DNA of 64,000 nt from Nageia nagi. Its lineage: Eukaryota > Plantae > Pinophyta. Positions 11,955 through 25,001 of this stretch are shown here, piece after piece. Position numbers and translations under genes: made by a program. Positions within the stretch are counted from its first letter, which is position 1, and every line of letters begins with the position of its first letter. Where the stretch lies: contig JBITNC010000001.1 in assembly GCA_050084985.1 (NCBI GenBank), forward strand, positions 121,272,001 through 121,336,000, written 5' to 3'. The notes under the pieces were generated by a model. The model made no database searches, was not told the DNA's origin, and saw only the letters and a program-made list of their open reading frames with translations.

Positions 11955-13217
11955 ATGTGGACAAGATCTAAAACTAGAGCAGCAAAAGAAGCACTGGATT
12001 TTAGAACGTTAGATACTCCTAAGAGAAGGACCCTGATCAAGTCCAAGTCTCTGAATAGTATCAGCTTCCTAAAATCTTTTACCAAGCCAGAATCATCCAA
12101 TCTTCATACTAGAAATACCTCTCCCGAAATGGCTAATCCAGCTCAGAATATTTATCTGGAATGGGACAATGGAGTACCAATAGCCCTGGTGGTGTTGCAT
12201 GACATCCCAGAAAATGTTTTCAAAACCCTTCCGGAGTTTGATGCAACTTCAGAGAAAATGGCTTACGAGCATTGCGTTGATGTAGCTGGCCTAGCTAAGA
12301 TTCACAATATCCAGCATGAAGATGTCATGGTGAGACTACTGGCTCAGTCTTTCAAAAGAAAGGTCCTAGATTGGTACAGGGGCCTTCCTAACGGATCTAT
12401 AACTACTTGGGCTCAACTGGTAGAGCCCTTTATCTTGGAATTTAATGAATTAGGAGATCCCTATTCCTTGTTAACACAGTTCACTTCTATCAAAAGATAT
12501 GAGCAAGAAAATATCCCGGATTTCAATATTAGATTCCAAAAAACTTGGGTAAGAGTCCCAATGCCAGTCAGGCCTCAGCAATTTCAAGCCTTAATGTATT
12601 ACCTAAGAGCCTTTCCTCCGGATCTCTCTCTGCAAATCCAAAATTCCAGAGTAAATACTTTCCCAGAGGTCTATAGACAAGCAGTATATGCTGAATCCTA
12701 TCTTATTGTAGTTGGAAAATTGCCAAGTCACATGCCAATGCCTTATTTTCCAATAACAGCCCAACAGCAAATTTTGAGACCTCAAGCAATTAGTTTGGCT
12801 CCACCACTGGCCAGTATCCCACACCCTATCCAACAGTGGTCATCAACCTTGCCAGCCCCTAGAGCTCCCTTGGCCTTACCAGCCCCTCATCAGCCTAATA
12901 AGAATCAAGGGGTAGCTTCATTGACGGAGATTCAGGAACTCCAAAATTTGTGTAGAAATATGGTAAACCGGATTATCATGCTAAGCAGACAAAGCGATGC
13001 AAGAAGATATCTTTATCCTGCTGTAGAAAAGGCTCAGAATGTGTTGAATGATGATGTAAGCCAACCTTCCTCTTCTGGGTCAGCCTCTGGTTTGTGTTTG
13101 GCCTGCAATGATGCTCACGAACAAACCACATGTCCTATTTATCAATATCAAGAATATTTATCAAGAAGTGGGGGAATTCCTCCGCCTGATGTAGCTGACG
13201 ACATAAGCCAAAGATGA
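11955..13217 (+). CDS. gag: Retrotransposon Gag (420 aa, uninterrupted)
   Basis: Gag core HEDVMVRLLAQSF..LDWYRGLPNGSITTW..F, IKRYEQENIPDFNIRF, a Pro/Gln-rich linker, and zinc knuckle CLACNDAHEQTTC. Starts just after the PBS. Confidence 0.93.
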   Translation: MWTRSKTRAAKEALDFRTLDTPKRRTLIKSKSLNSISFLKSFTKPESSNLHTRNTSPEMANPAQNIYLEWDNGVPIALVVLHDIPENVFKTLPEFDATSEKMAYEHCVDVAGLAKIHNIQHEDVMVRLLAQSFKRKVLDWYRGLPNGSITTWAQLVEPFILEFNELGDPYSLLTQFTSIKRYEQENIPDFNIRFQKTWVRVPMPVRPQQFQALMYYLRAFPPDLSLQIQNSRVNTFPEVYRQAVYAESYLIVVGKLPSHMPMPYFPITAQQQILRPQAISLAPPLASIPHPIQQWSSTLPAPRAPLALPAPHQPNKNQGVASLTEIQELQNLCRNMVNRIIMLSRQSDARRYLYPAVEKAQNVLNDDVSQPSSSGSASGLCLACNDAHEQTTCPIYQYQEYLSRSGGIPPPDVADDISQR

Positions 13218-13388
13218 TGAGGACAGAGGTCTTTAAAAAAAAAAAAAAAAAAAAATTCGAATCCATGTGGTTCCGGACCCTATGTAGTAGTGAAATGCTT
13301 TGGTATTATTTTTGGTATTATTTTTTTCAGACTGGGTTCTAAATTCCTCCTTGATAAAGGCAAAATTTTCCCTCAGAGGTCGCCATAA

Positions 13389-14971
13389 TGTATATTCATA
13401 CATAATAAATTCTTTATTAAAGCCTTGATGTACTTTACTTGCAATCATGGGTTCATTTTAAGATCCTCGAGAGTTTTTCTGGAGCAGATAAATAGCCAGA
13501 GCCAGTTAATTAAGTATTCCAGAAGTAGAGCATTCTGAAAATATGAAGATGACGTTAGGGGCGAACAACGTTCACATTTTAGAAAGACCGGGTTCCGGAG
13601 ATGATGAAGTCAGCAAGGGGTGATTAAAAGGCCCGGAGTCCGTGAATAAAATGCATCAGAGCGAAACGATGACATCACGGTAGAAATGATAAAAGCTCAG
13701 TTGTTGAAAAAACCAGGTTCCAGAGAAAGTGAGTAAAGCATTCTGGAATAAAAAGATGACATCACGGGGAGAACAACGTCCACATTTTGGAATGAAACCG
13801 GGTCCCGGAGATGATGAGGTCAGCAAGAGATAATCAAAGAAGCCAGAGCTGGTAGCTTAAGTGTTTCGAAAGTAAAGCGTTCTGGATAAAATGATGACAT
13901 CACAGTGGAAAGGATAAAGCTCAGTTTTGATAAAGAATGGGTTCCGGAGATGATGAGGTCAGCAAGAGATAATCAAAGAAGCCGGAGCCAGTTAAGTAGA
14001 GCATTCCAGAAATGTGAAGATGACGTCATGGATTTCAGGTCTTAACCCAAAACCGGATCCCGGAAGTGATGAGGTCAGCAAAAAGTGATCAAATAGCCAG
14101 AGCCAGTGAGTAAAACATTCCGGAATGTAGAGGTGAAGCCAGCAAAAGGTCAGATCATAGTTGTCAAGAAGCATATCATCTGCAATCGTGCCCATTTTTG
14201 TAATATTCTACCAAGTGGTGTATGTAGGTAGTATCAGTTAAAAGAAGGCTAGAATCTTGAAGCCATTTTTGTAACCATTTCTGTTCTGCACTTCTTGTAA
14301 CTGTAGTTACTACAGTATAAATATATGAAAATAAAGTGAGAAAGGGGTCGGAAGCCTAGTATTGCTCTTTACATTTGTTCTTGAAGACCTGTAGTTTTTT
14401 TTATCAGTAATATGAAACCATCTTGACCTTTCTTGTCTAGCACTCATAATTGTCATTCTTAATTTGGTTACATCATGGCAGCTTGGCTTGTTTCCTGAAT
14501 GATAATTGCGGGTTGCTAGTATAACTGTGTCTGCTACATGGTAGAGTAAAGTTGGGAAACTATTAGAGAGTGAGAGCTTGTACCGTAGCTGCTACACTAG
14601 ATTCAGGCCAAGGTTTCACACACTGTGAAAGCCCATGCTGAACTAGTGATCCACCTTTGCTTTCTCTCTTGTTACCCTAAGCTTTTTTGCTTGAATTCCT
14701 CGCACTCTACTCCTTTTATTTCTTTCCTGTTACCCTAACCCTTTTGCTTGAATTCCTCGCACTCTACTCTTTTATTTCTTTCCTATTACCCTAACCCTTT
14801 TGCTTGAATTCCTCGCACTCTACTCTTTTATTTCCTTTCCTGTTACTTTTTCTACGCCCAATAGATAAGGAACCAGCCTTCTCCGGAGATCAGACTGTCA
14901 CCATAGTCTGTTCTTGATTTACTTTGGTTAAGATTGTTCGCGGTGCATATATTACACAATCATAATCAACA
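13389..14971 (+). repeat. 3' LTR
   Basis: Direct repeat of 10224-11806; differences are almost all transitions at CG/CHG sites. Confidence 0.97.
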
Positions 14972-15413
14972 GATATTTTGATAATACATTTTTTTTTTCA
15001 AATATGTTACTCCATAATTATATTCTTAGAAATGGGTAGGAAGATCTATGTAATAGAAACTAGGTATGGGTTAGGTGGTAATTTTAAGCCCATAATAAAA
15101 TATGGGCTATAGAAGCTTCTTTTACTTTGTTAAAAGTAGGGTGTAAGAAGTAAATATTATAATTTTTGTTTCATAATTTTAAGTTAGATAAATTAAAACA
15201 ACTATGGATGTATGACCCCATAGGGGAATTTATTAGAATTGTAAAATCAAGTAAAATGTGCCAAATGTTCAATCATGAAGCCCAATCACATATTGAATAT
15301 TTTACAAATCAAATAGAACAAGAAGTTGAGGCCTCCCTTGAGTGAGAATTTTGTATTTTATACAAGGCATGGATGGCCCTTGAAGGGGTGAAAAAGTATA
15401 GGTTATGAAAAAT

Positions 15414-16929
15414 TGTTAGGTCCCTATACTACTCATGTAGCCCATATATTATTATTATGTGTCCCATAGAAGCCACTATGGTTATTGTTATTCCCTTACA
15501 TTATTATTGTTATGTTGGCTAGATATTATTATTTTTATGTCAGCTAGTGTCCTTTCATTGTAGTGGCACCCCTTGGACTCCTATATATACTAAGGAGGTA
15601 TTATCATTTGTATTGTTTATTGTTATGTAGTTGATGTGATGTAAAGGAGGTTGCCCCCTTGAAGTGACTTATTACAGATTGTGATGTAAAGGAGGTTTCC
15701 CCCTTGAAGTGGCTTATTATAGATTTTATCTTTTATTCAAGGTGTTAAGCTCTTTATCTTGTGATTTTATGCTATTTTGGGAACTTTGTTCATAACATTT
15801 GGTACCAGAGCAGACGATTCTAGGGTTTCATTGCTCAAAACTAGTCATCATGGTATTTTCACTACCAATTATTTTTTGCAAAGTTTCAAATTCTAAAATT
15901 TATTATGTTTTTAGAAGACATACCAAAGAAGTTTCAATTCAAATTTTAACTCCTAATTCACTATAGTTTGCAAGTTATACTCAGGGGAAGTTAAAGTTTG
16001 TGACTAGTCTCAAAAGCAGGTCTGAAATAGGTGTTCTAGCTAAAAAGTGTATATCTAAAGTTTTACAGCTCCAAACTAGGTGCAAACTATTGTATTGGTT
16101 AGGGTATATATTGAAGTTTATCTATTACATTTTTAAGGTCTAGGAATAAACAGGTGACACATGGCACTTTGTACAAGTTCGCTTTTCTAAAAAATCCAAA
16201 AATCAACACATTTTGGAAAAGTTGTAGCTATCTCCTCTTGGAATATCAGAATTTGACTAAATCTATGGCATTGAAAATAAGACATCTGAGGCTACCATAG
16301 GTAGAAATTTTAGACTCTAAAGGGTCAAAATTTTAGATTTACATTAGTTGGAAGGTCGAATAATAGAATAGTCTCCAAATCTGTTTGAACCAACATCCTT
16401 AGAGATGGCTTTTAGGATGGCAAAGAAGGTTGAAAGTAAAAATATGGCAATAGCTAAATATTCCACATGGGAAGATGAGAATTTTCTACAAAAGCATCCA
16501 AAACTACTCAAACATTGAGGACAACATTTTTTTGAAGGAGAGGGGTATATTAGGTCCCTATACTACTCATGTAGCCCATATATTATTATTATGTGTCCCA
16601 TAGAAGCCACTATGGTTATTGTTATTCCCTTACATTATTATTGTTATGTCGGCTAGACATTATTATTGTTATGTTGGCTAGTGTCCTTTCATTGTAGTGG
16701 CACCCCTTGGACTCCTATATATACTAAGGAGGTATTATCATTTGTATTGTTTATTGTTGTGTAGTTGATATGATGTAAAGGAGGTTGCCCCTCGAAGTGG
16801 CTTATTACAGATTGTGATGTAAAGGAGGTTGCCCCTTGAAGTGGCTTATTATAGATTTTATCTCTTATTCAAGGCGTTGAGCTCTTTCTCTCATGATTTT
16901 ATGCTATTTTGGGAACTTTGTTCATAACA
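15414..16929 (+). mobile_element. Miniature non-autonomous LTR element (TRIM-like, chromovirus-derived)
   Basis: LTRs 15414-15797 and 16548-16929; PBS TGGTACCAGAGC (15800-15811, tRNA-Met type); PPT GAAGGAGAGGGG (~16534-16545); near-TSD AAAAT/AAAAC; ~750-bp interior. Confidence 0.93.
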
Positions 16930-18074
16930 AAAACTAGAAGGGAAGAGTTTTCCTTAGCCTTGTAAGTTATTGCATAGCAGGATGAGTTGAAATGGGAGCT
17001 TAATTTAATTGATTATTTAATAAAATTTAGGTTTGAATACACCACCAAGAGTATGTATGTAGAAAATAAATCTTTTGGTGAATTTAATCATGATAGATAC
17101 TTGTACTCATAGTACCAAAAAGACCCATTTCCAAATAAAGGACACCCATTGCTAGTAAATTTTCAAGGAAAGGTATCAAAGGAATACTAGCCACTAGCAC
17201 AAATGGTTGAGGAGTTGAAGGATCCAAAGAAAAGAAAATTTGAATAAGCTTCAAGCTCCAAGAAATTGAGAATTAAAAAAGAAACATATCTATGGAAATA
17301 TTTGTTACTTCTATGGAATATTCTCCTAAGGAACCAAAGAGAATTAAATTAATAAAGAAGCTAGCTATCGGGAAATAGACCCTAAAGAAAGTACAAACTC
17401 CAAAGGAGCCATCACCTCTAAAAGTTCCATACTCATAAGTACTAGAATAAGAATTCAAGCAAAGTGTTGGAGATATAGAGGTTGTGGATGTCGAAATAAA
17501 TAGAACCTAGAGCATAGATACTATTGTATATCAAGATACTCAGGAAGACTCAAGATATGAAGTACAACAAGGGAGAGGAAATGCACTTGGTACTAAAGGA
17601 TTAGGAGTAGGTGATGATGAGGGAAGAGATGATGATGATTATGATAAGAATAGGAAGAAATATTTTATCCCAATAGATAAGACTCTTGAAAAGGAAGCAG
17701 CTGCTGCTAACGAGGAAGAAGAGAAACAATAAAAGGAGCTTGCCACAGATACAACAAAAGAAATGATAATCTCTACATCAAATTCTAAAGTGGGTATGCC
17801 TCAACATTATTTAATTTTTTATTCTACCACCATAAATGATGAAATTTAGAGCATTATTTTCCTTTCCTTCTTAGTTGTAATTATTTGTACAAACTTCAGT
17901 ATTGAAAATGTATTGTATATACTTAGTCTTTTTCCCTAGATTCAAACACTATATATGTTCTTAGTTAGGATTCTAATTTTATTTAAGTCATTTCTAGGTC
18001 ACATTCACCTAGTCTAGGTCCTAGTCAGTGAAAGGTCACTTAAAACCATTATTTTGTTCAAAGGTGGGTGTTAT

Positions 18075-18763
18075 TGTTGAAGTCACACATGTCATGTCCT
18101 AGTGGTGTATATAAATCACAATAGTCCCATTTTGTAAGAATTGGTTAAATCTATAAGAATTGGTTAAGTCATTTCTAGGTATTACATTATATACAATCTT
18201 TGTATTTGTTTGAGTAAAGTCTAGAACCTATTGTAAATGAAGTTACCTATGTTTTGTCTAAGTATAGTCTAGGTATTATTTCTAGGCTCCATTGTATATA
18301 AGGTCTAGCTTTGATTGAGTCATATACTGAGCACTATTGTAAGAGTTGAAGTAAAATTGGGCCTGTGAAATTCCATTGATGATGACATACTCTTTAGCAA
18401 AAATTAGTGGAACTTAGATTTCTTCATCGGTGGGTAGTCTTGATAATATTCATGATAGGAGATGTTCATAGTACTACATTTAGAAATTTGACTGATGACA
18501 TTTGAATTTTTAGATGAAATCAATGAGTGATAAGTTCCATAAGTATTTCAAGTTTTAACAATTCTTAATGAGGTATAACAAGACCCACTAAGAATAAATA
18601 AAGATTGTAAGAGGAGGTGAATGCCTGAGTCCACCTAATCAAGGGTGTATGACCCTTAGGACTCTATCAATGTGTTGATTACAAATCATTTCTATATGGA
18701 AGTAGTAGTTCACTCTCAGGTTTGAAAGCCTACATCTTCCCTTTACCCTTACAATATTCAACA
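18075..18763 (+). repeat. Probable LTR (unpaired in this window)
   Basis: Perfect 7-bp terminal inverted repeat TGTTGAA...TTCAACA, preceded by a purine-rich AAAGGTGGG, with an internal TATATAA. No TSD. Confidence 0.55.
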
Positions 18764-19324
18764 CCAAAACTACAAACATAAGCATTTAATGATTACATAG
18801 AGTTGGTAGACCGTCAACTACTAAAATGGCTTCATTGTACTTATAGAAATGGTGGACCATACCTCGTAAATTTAGAAATAGTTCTAGATTGATCTTGTTA
18901 GAAGTTAAAAGTGACTAATTATGGCTAGATAAGTACAATATTGAAGATTTGTAAATTCCAAGAATCAATGTTGCATTTGAACCATGCTCCACAAATACTT
19001 GAAGTTGTAAAATTATGTGTAAATATTGTAAACTAAGCCTTAATGTGAGCAAGTGAGTAAGCAAAAGTAAAGTGATAAGAATTTGTAAACTAAGCTCATT
19101 TCCATACAAGCTGGTTGGGGTAGGAGAGATATTATTGTACTTGTCATATGAAGGGGAGATGGGCCAAGTAGAAAATAATCTTGTATTATTGGATCTATGC
19201 AATAGATCCTAGAATATTATATGGTGTAGTAAAATATGATCATTGAAAGGAGAATTTGAGAGTAGAAGCATTGGTGAGTGAGTTAGAATTGGAGGTTCCA
19301 TGGACCTCCTTCTGATATGGATTG

Positions 19325-22300
19325 TGTTGAATGGTTTAAGTGACCCCTAAGATTAACCTAGGTAGAAACTATAATAAATGTTAACATTTGATCATAATAA
19401 CAATAATTTGAAGTATAATAGAATATAAATGAATAAAGCAACACTCGAACTATTGGAACAAGATAACACTAATACACTATGATAAAGGGATCAAGATATA
19501 GCTATATACTTGTTAGTCCTTACCTAAGAGAAGCTAATTATATGCAAAATGAGCTTATAAAAAAGAGATGGTATTGATATGTGAATTCCATGAAAAAGAG
19601 TAGTAAGAAGATCAATGTAGGCATGCATGTTAACACAAGTGCACACAAAAGTACAAATGCTATGGTTCATGATGAGTAGAGTTTGCCACTAAGTGTTTAT
19701 GCATATCAAAATGTTGACAAGTCAATCCAAATATATAATTGCAAAATACAGAGTGATAGATATGCATGAGTGATAACAAGATCCCAGTATCAATAGGCAA
19801 CATTGAGAAACACCTAAAATAATGTACGAACTATCAAGATGAAATATTGATGCTCTTCCATGTAGTCATACTTACCTTTGAATATGAAAGAGTACCTCCA
19901 TATAAAGACTAGCTTCGATGTTGGGGTACCTTGTACAAATAAAGAAAAGGTTATATGAAAGTAATATTAAGTGGACCAACATAACATATATGATAATATA
20001 GTATTAATATAATGAAATGATATAATATTAATGTAATCAAGGTAAAATATTATTAAATGTAATTAAATATGTTTGTAAAATTGCATATAAATAGGACCAT
20101 GTTAAGGGGACCACTTTTAAGTGTTAACAGATGCCACCCTTTGTAATTATAATGAAAAGGAAGTAAGGTAAAGAGAAGAAAAAATTGATACTCCCTTGGT
20201 TTAGTTGTAGAACTATCCAAATCATCAAGGAATGATGATGTATATTTCCTCCTCTTTACCTTGGTTGTGAAATGTAATGGCTTGCATGAAGTAGAATCAA
20301 CCAAGAACAAAGAATAAAACCTAGAAATGAGAGAGACAAAATACCAAAATTTCAAGCATATATGTGATGATTATAACTCATAAAAAATATAACATTGATA
20401 ATAAGACAAAATAATCATAATATTTCATTGTAAATGATATAGCATGTAAGAGCAAGGATGAAATAAACATAATATATACATACACCATCTTGAGAATACT
20501 AAATATTCTATTCATACATATATATCATCACAAAAATACTCAATGTTTCATTCATAGATGCATACATACAAGATCACAGTAAGATATGTCAACATCATCA
20601 TGAAGTCCATGCCCCATTCTTAGATGCAAACATATGAACATAAATATTTATCATGAATAATGATTGATTTATAAAATGATACCTAATCTTATCATTGATG
20701 ACCATTTTGAATGTGAGATGCTTAGCATAGAAGTTAATGCTAGCACAATCATTATTATCAGCATAGACATTAAGGATTCTAAGCAAATTAGCTCTATATT
20801 TTTCAAATATTGAAATGAAATAATGTCTTCCAAAAAATATATAGATCTTGAACAAGTTAAATCATAAAATTTATGTCATAATATAAATACTGAATATCAA
20901 AATTATCATAATAAAAGGATCGTAATAATTAACATAAAGTGATGGTTAATGCCCCAACCAACAAAGGGAATGATCATAAAGTGGTCATAATGAAGTGATG
21001 ATAACAATAACTTAGCAATATTTGATCATAATAAGCATAACATATAAGCAAATATTATAAGTCAAGAATATGTGAGATAAGAGTGTTTAGGGAGATAACC
21101 TTTACATTCTTGAGGGTATACCCCAAGATAGAGTATAAACTAATAATATGCCCTGGTGTGGACACTAGGTTAATTATGCATGTTCTCATTTGAAATTATG
21201 TATCATAAGCTTATAAAACATTTTGATTTCAGATCCATTGTGAACTGAAAACCATTATGTCTATTCTTGTGATATTTCTTGAACCATGTCATGCATGAAT
21301 TCCTTTGAAAAATCATAACTGAATTGACAAACTTGATAAAAACTTAACCACAAATATACTAGTAGATAAGATGAATAAAAAAAACATAATAACTTGACCA
21401 TATAAACATAAAGACATGATGGTTAATTATATCCCCAACCAACAAAGGGAACAAGTGATGGTTAATTATGCCCCCAACCAACAAAGGGATTGTCTGCAAT
21501 GTATGATGCAAACTAGTCTATATGAAAATGCATAACTAATTTATATGAGAATGCGATTCTATCTTATATAAAAAAGATAGAAAAAATTTCCTAAAGAGTA
21601 TTCATGTGAAGTACAACTTTGATGTTTATTCCCTTTAAATTAAGCTTCCTTTTGTGAACCATTAGCATGATTATGTAAATAGGCATGATACTTTGATTTG
21701 GCCTTCTTTAGACATATGTGAGTGGTCCTTATTGGAAAACTTATCCTTTTTCTTGATCTATAATAGTAGTTTGGATGCTTCCCCTAGCATGAATGCTAAG
21801 TATTCAAATTTTCTTTTGGGTTCTAATTAGCTAAAGAAGTATCTTCATTGGCATCCTAATATGTCTTCATGCTTTCTTGTTCAACTTTGTCTTCTTGTAC
21901 TTCTTCTTCTTATTCATTATTTTCATCATCATGGATGATCATGTTGAGTGTTTTATGGATGTATTCATTTTATTATTCCATTTCATATTCATATTCACTT
22001 TTAGTATCTTGAGTAAGGGATGCATAATCTTCTAATTGTATTGATCTAACATGTCTAAAAAATTCAAACGTATCTCCAAGAGCACTTGTAGTAATATTAG
22101 CATCAATAACCCAATTATTGACAATATTATGGATAACTTCTCTATGATAATTAGATTTCATGCATAAATCATATAAACTAATTTTACCCAAAAAATAAAG
22201 AAAATCATAAAAGAGTTTAGTATTACCTCCCTTATTACCTTGTTGTGGTTGAGCACAATATTCAACAAGAGCAACCATGTTGACCATATTGTTGTATCCT

Positions 22301-25001
22301 TCATCTGCTATAGTTTTGTTATCATATTCCTCCTTGATAACATAATTAAAAATTGAGGCAACTTTTTCTTCATTTAAACACACCATTAGTGGAATGATCT
22401 TTTATTGATGATACAAATAATGATTAGTCTCTTTGTACCAATAGGGATTCTTTTTATCTTCACCATATTCTCTTCCCTTTTTAGGTTCTATCAATCCCTT
22501 TGCTAAACAATCTTTAAAAATTTATGTGGGAGCTATTGGAAACTTGTAGAAAGGATTCTTTTCTTCTTCATGCGTGTTTGGTTCCACCATATTTACTTGG
22601 TAAGTCTCATTCCTTTAGTATGACATTTTATGATTTTCCTTGCTAGAAGATGTATAAAATAAGTTGACTAGATCTTAACAAAACTTTTTCTTTCTAGATA
22701 AGCATGTGAATCATATGCATAAATGGATTGTTAACATAATAAAGACCTATTTCACCAAGAATATGGTTAACATTTCAATAAATACCTTTATGATGAATTA
22801 CTCATCCACCTTTTGGTTTGTTGATCTCCAAATCTTCACATACCTTTTCACAAATATTTTCAACATTTCAAATTAAACTTTCTTAAAATGTATCAAGTTT
22901 TTTAAATCAAGAGCTTTCTTAGTATTTAATTGGAAGTGCCTTTTGAACTGATCCTTTAACTTCTGATATGAACTTGTTTCTAAAGTATGAAACCACTTTC
23001 GAGCTTCACCAATTAAACTCATAGGGAAATATTTTGCTTTCAAATGGTCATTAACATCACATTTAAGTTCTATAATGTATTCAAAACTTTGAAGATGTAT
23101 GATAGGATCAGTCTCACCATTGAATTTTTTAAATTCAAGATCCTTATCTGTACTAATAAGGAGCTTATTGTGAATCTCCATGCTTAAAGGACTACCTTTA
23201 TATTTTTCTATGATCAACATCTATTCCAAAGTGTATCTAAAGCAATTTTACCCTCATTTACAACTTCTCATTTTATTTTGATGCAACATTCAAAGGTGTA
23301 TTCCTAGTATTAGCATGGGCATTGCCCCTAGCATTAGCGCTAGCATAATATTGCTTTAACAATGTTGCCATGTCTTTCACACTTAAAGAACTATACATCA
23401 AATACCTCCAAAAAGGCAAAGATTTGTGGTTGACAAAAATTGATCCAAAAATATGCTAATTATGCAAAATATAACCTTGAAAAATCATCAAAATATCCTA
23501 ATATGAAATATATTCATATGAGATAAGACTTTCTAATGTAAAAACCACCAAATCGACTAGAATAAGCTTGAAAATTTGAATTTTTTTACTAAAACATTTC
23601 CAAACAAAAATCTCAAAAAAATGCATGTACTAATCTTAATTTCACCTTTCAAAACTTTGCTATCATGAATATTTAGGGTTTAGAAAAACTTTTAGGGCAC
23701 AAAAATGAACAAATCTTAAAAAATTAAGCTCAAAATCTAGGACTTTATGCAAAAATGAAATTCCACAAAAATATTTTTCAACTCAAAATCCCATGAAAAT
23801 ACATGCAAATAAATTCAATTACACCTTTTAAAAATTTACTATCATGAATATATAAGATTTGGGAAAAGTTCTAGGGCACAAATATGCATAATTTGTTTTA
23901 GAAATTAGGTTCGAAATTGAGGGTTTTGATAAAGAATGAAATTCTACAAAATAAAATTATTTTCAATTTTTCAACAATTTAAAAGCAATAGAGGTTTCTA
24001 AATATATAGAAAATTTAGATAAATAAAAACCAAGCAAAAGCTAAGGTTTTCTATGAAAAATTCTACAAAAAATATGATGCCCTAAAAATGAAAAACTTAG
24101 TGTTTTATTTTTTCAAAAATAAAAATTCAAAGTAGGTTCTAGCAACACTTTCCAAACCTAATTAAGATATGGAAATTTTATGAAAGGTGGGTTCCACTAT
24201 GTTGGATGTTTTTAGTGACCCCTAAGATTAACCTTAGTGGAAACTATAATAAACATTAACATTCAATTATAATAATAATAATCTGAAGTATAACAAAATA
24301 AAAATGAGTAAAGTAATACTTAGACTATTGGATCAAGACAACACTAATGCATTAATGAGAAAGGGATCAAGAGATAGCTACATATATGTTAGTCCTTACT
24401 TGGGAGAAGCTAATTATATGAAAATTGAGCTTGTCTAATAGAGATGACCTTGATATGTGAACCCCATGAACAATAGCAACAAGAATATCAATAGCTATGT
24501 CCAGAAATAACAACATGGGTGCACATGAGAGTGTAGATGCTAGGGTTCCTAATGAGTAGAGTTCACCACCAAGATTTGATGCACAACAAAATTTTTACAA
24601 TTTGAGCCAAACATATAATTACAAAATATAGAGTGAAGAATATGCTCGAGTGATAACAAGATTCCAATATCAATAAGTGGCATTGAGAAACACCTAAAAG
24701 TAGGTATTGGTTATTAAGATTAAATTTTGATGCTTTTCCATGTAATCATACTTACCTTTAAATATGAAAGAGTACCTCCACATAAAGACTAGCATTGACA
24801 TTGGGGTACCTTGCATAAATAAATAAAAGATTACATGAGAGGTGTCTTAAGTGGACCAACATAACATATATGATATTAATATAATGAAATGATATAATAT
24901 TAATGTAATAAAGGTAATATATGATTAAATGTAATTAAATATGTATGTAAAGTTGCACCTAAGTAGTACCATGTTAAGGGGGCCAATTTTAGGTGTAAAT
25001 A
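19325..25001 (-). mobile_element. Older gag-only Ty3/gypsy-type LTR element
   Basis: ~800-bp LTRs at 19325-20129 and 24200-25001; TSD GATTG (19320-19324 and 25002-25006); PPT-like AAAGGGTGGC next to 20129; degenerate PBS at ~24186-24197; gag remnant; no pol motifs found. Confidence 0.9.
21973..23230 (-). pseudogene. gag: Decayed gag and gag-protease spacer
   Basis: FKKFNGETDPIIHLQSFE..KAKYFPMSLIGEARKWFHTL; spacer-like KISLYDLCMKSNYHREVI. Confidence 0.85.

Larger units (their letters stand above)
10224..14971 (+). mobile_element. Complete non-autonomous gag-only LTR retrotransposon (TR-GAG-like, Tat/Ogre-related)
   Basis: Two 1583-bp TG...CA LTRs, perfect TSD GATAT (10219-10223 and 14972-14976), tRNA-Arg-type PBS, intact gag, no pol. 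Confidence 0.97.
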
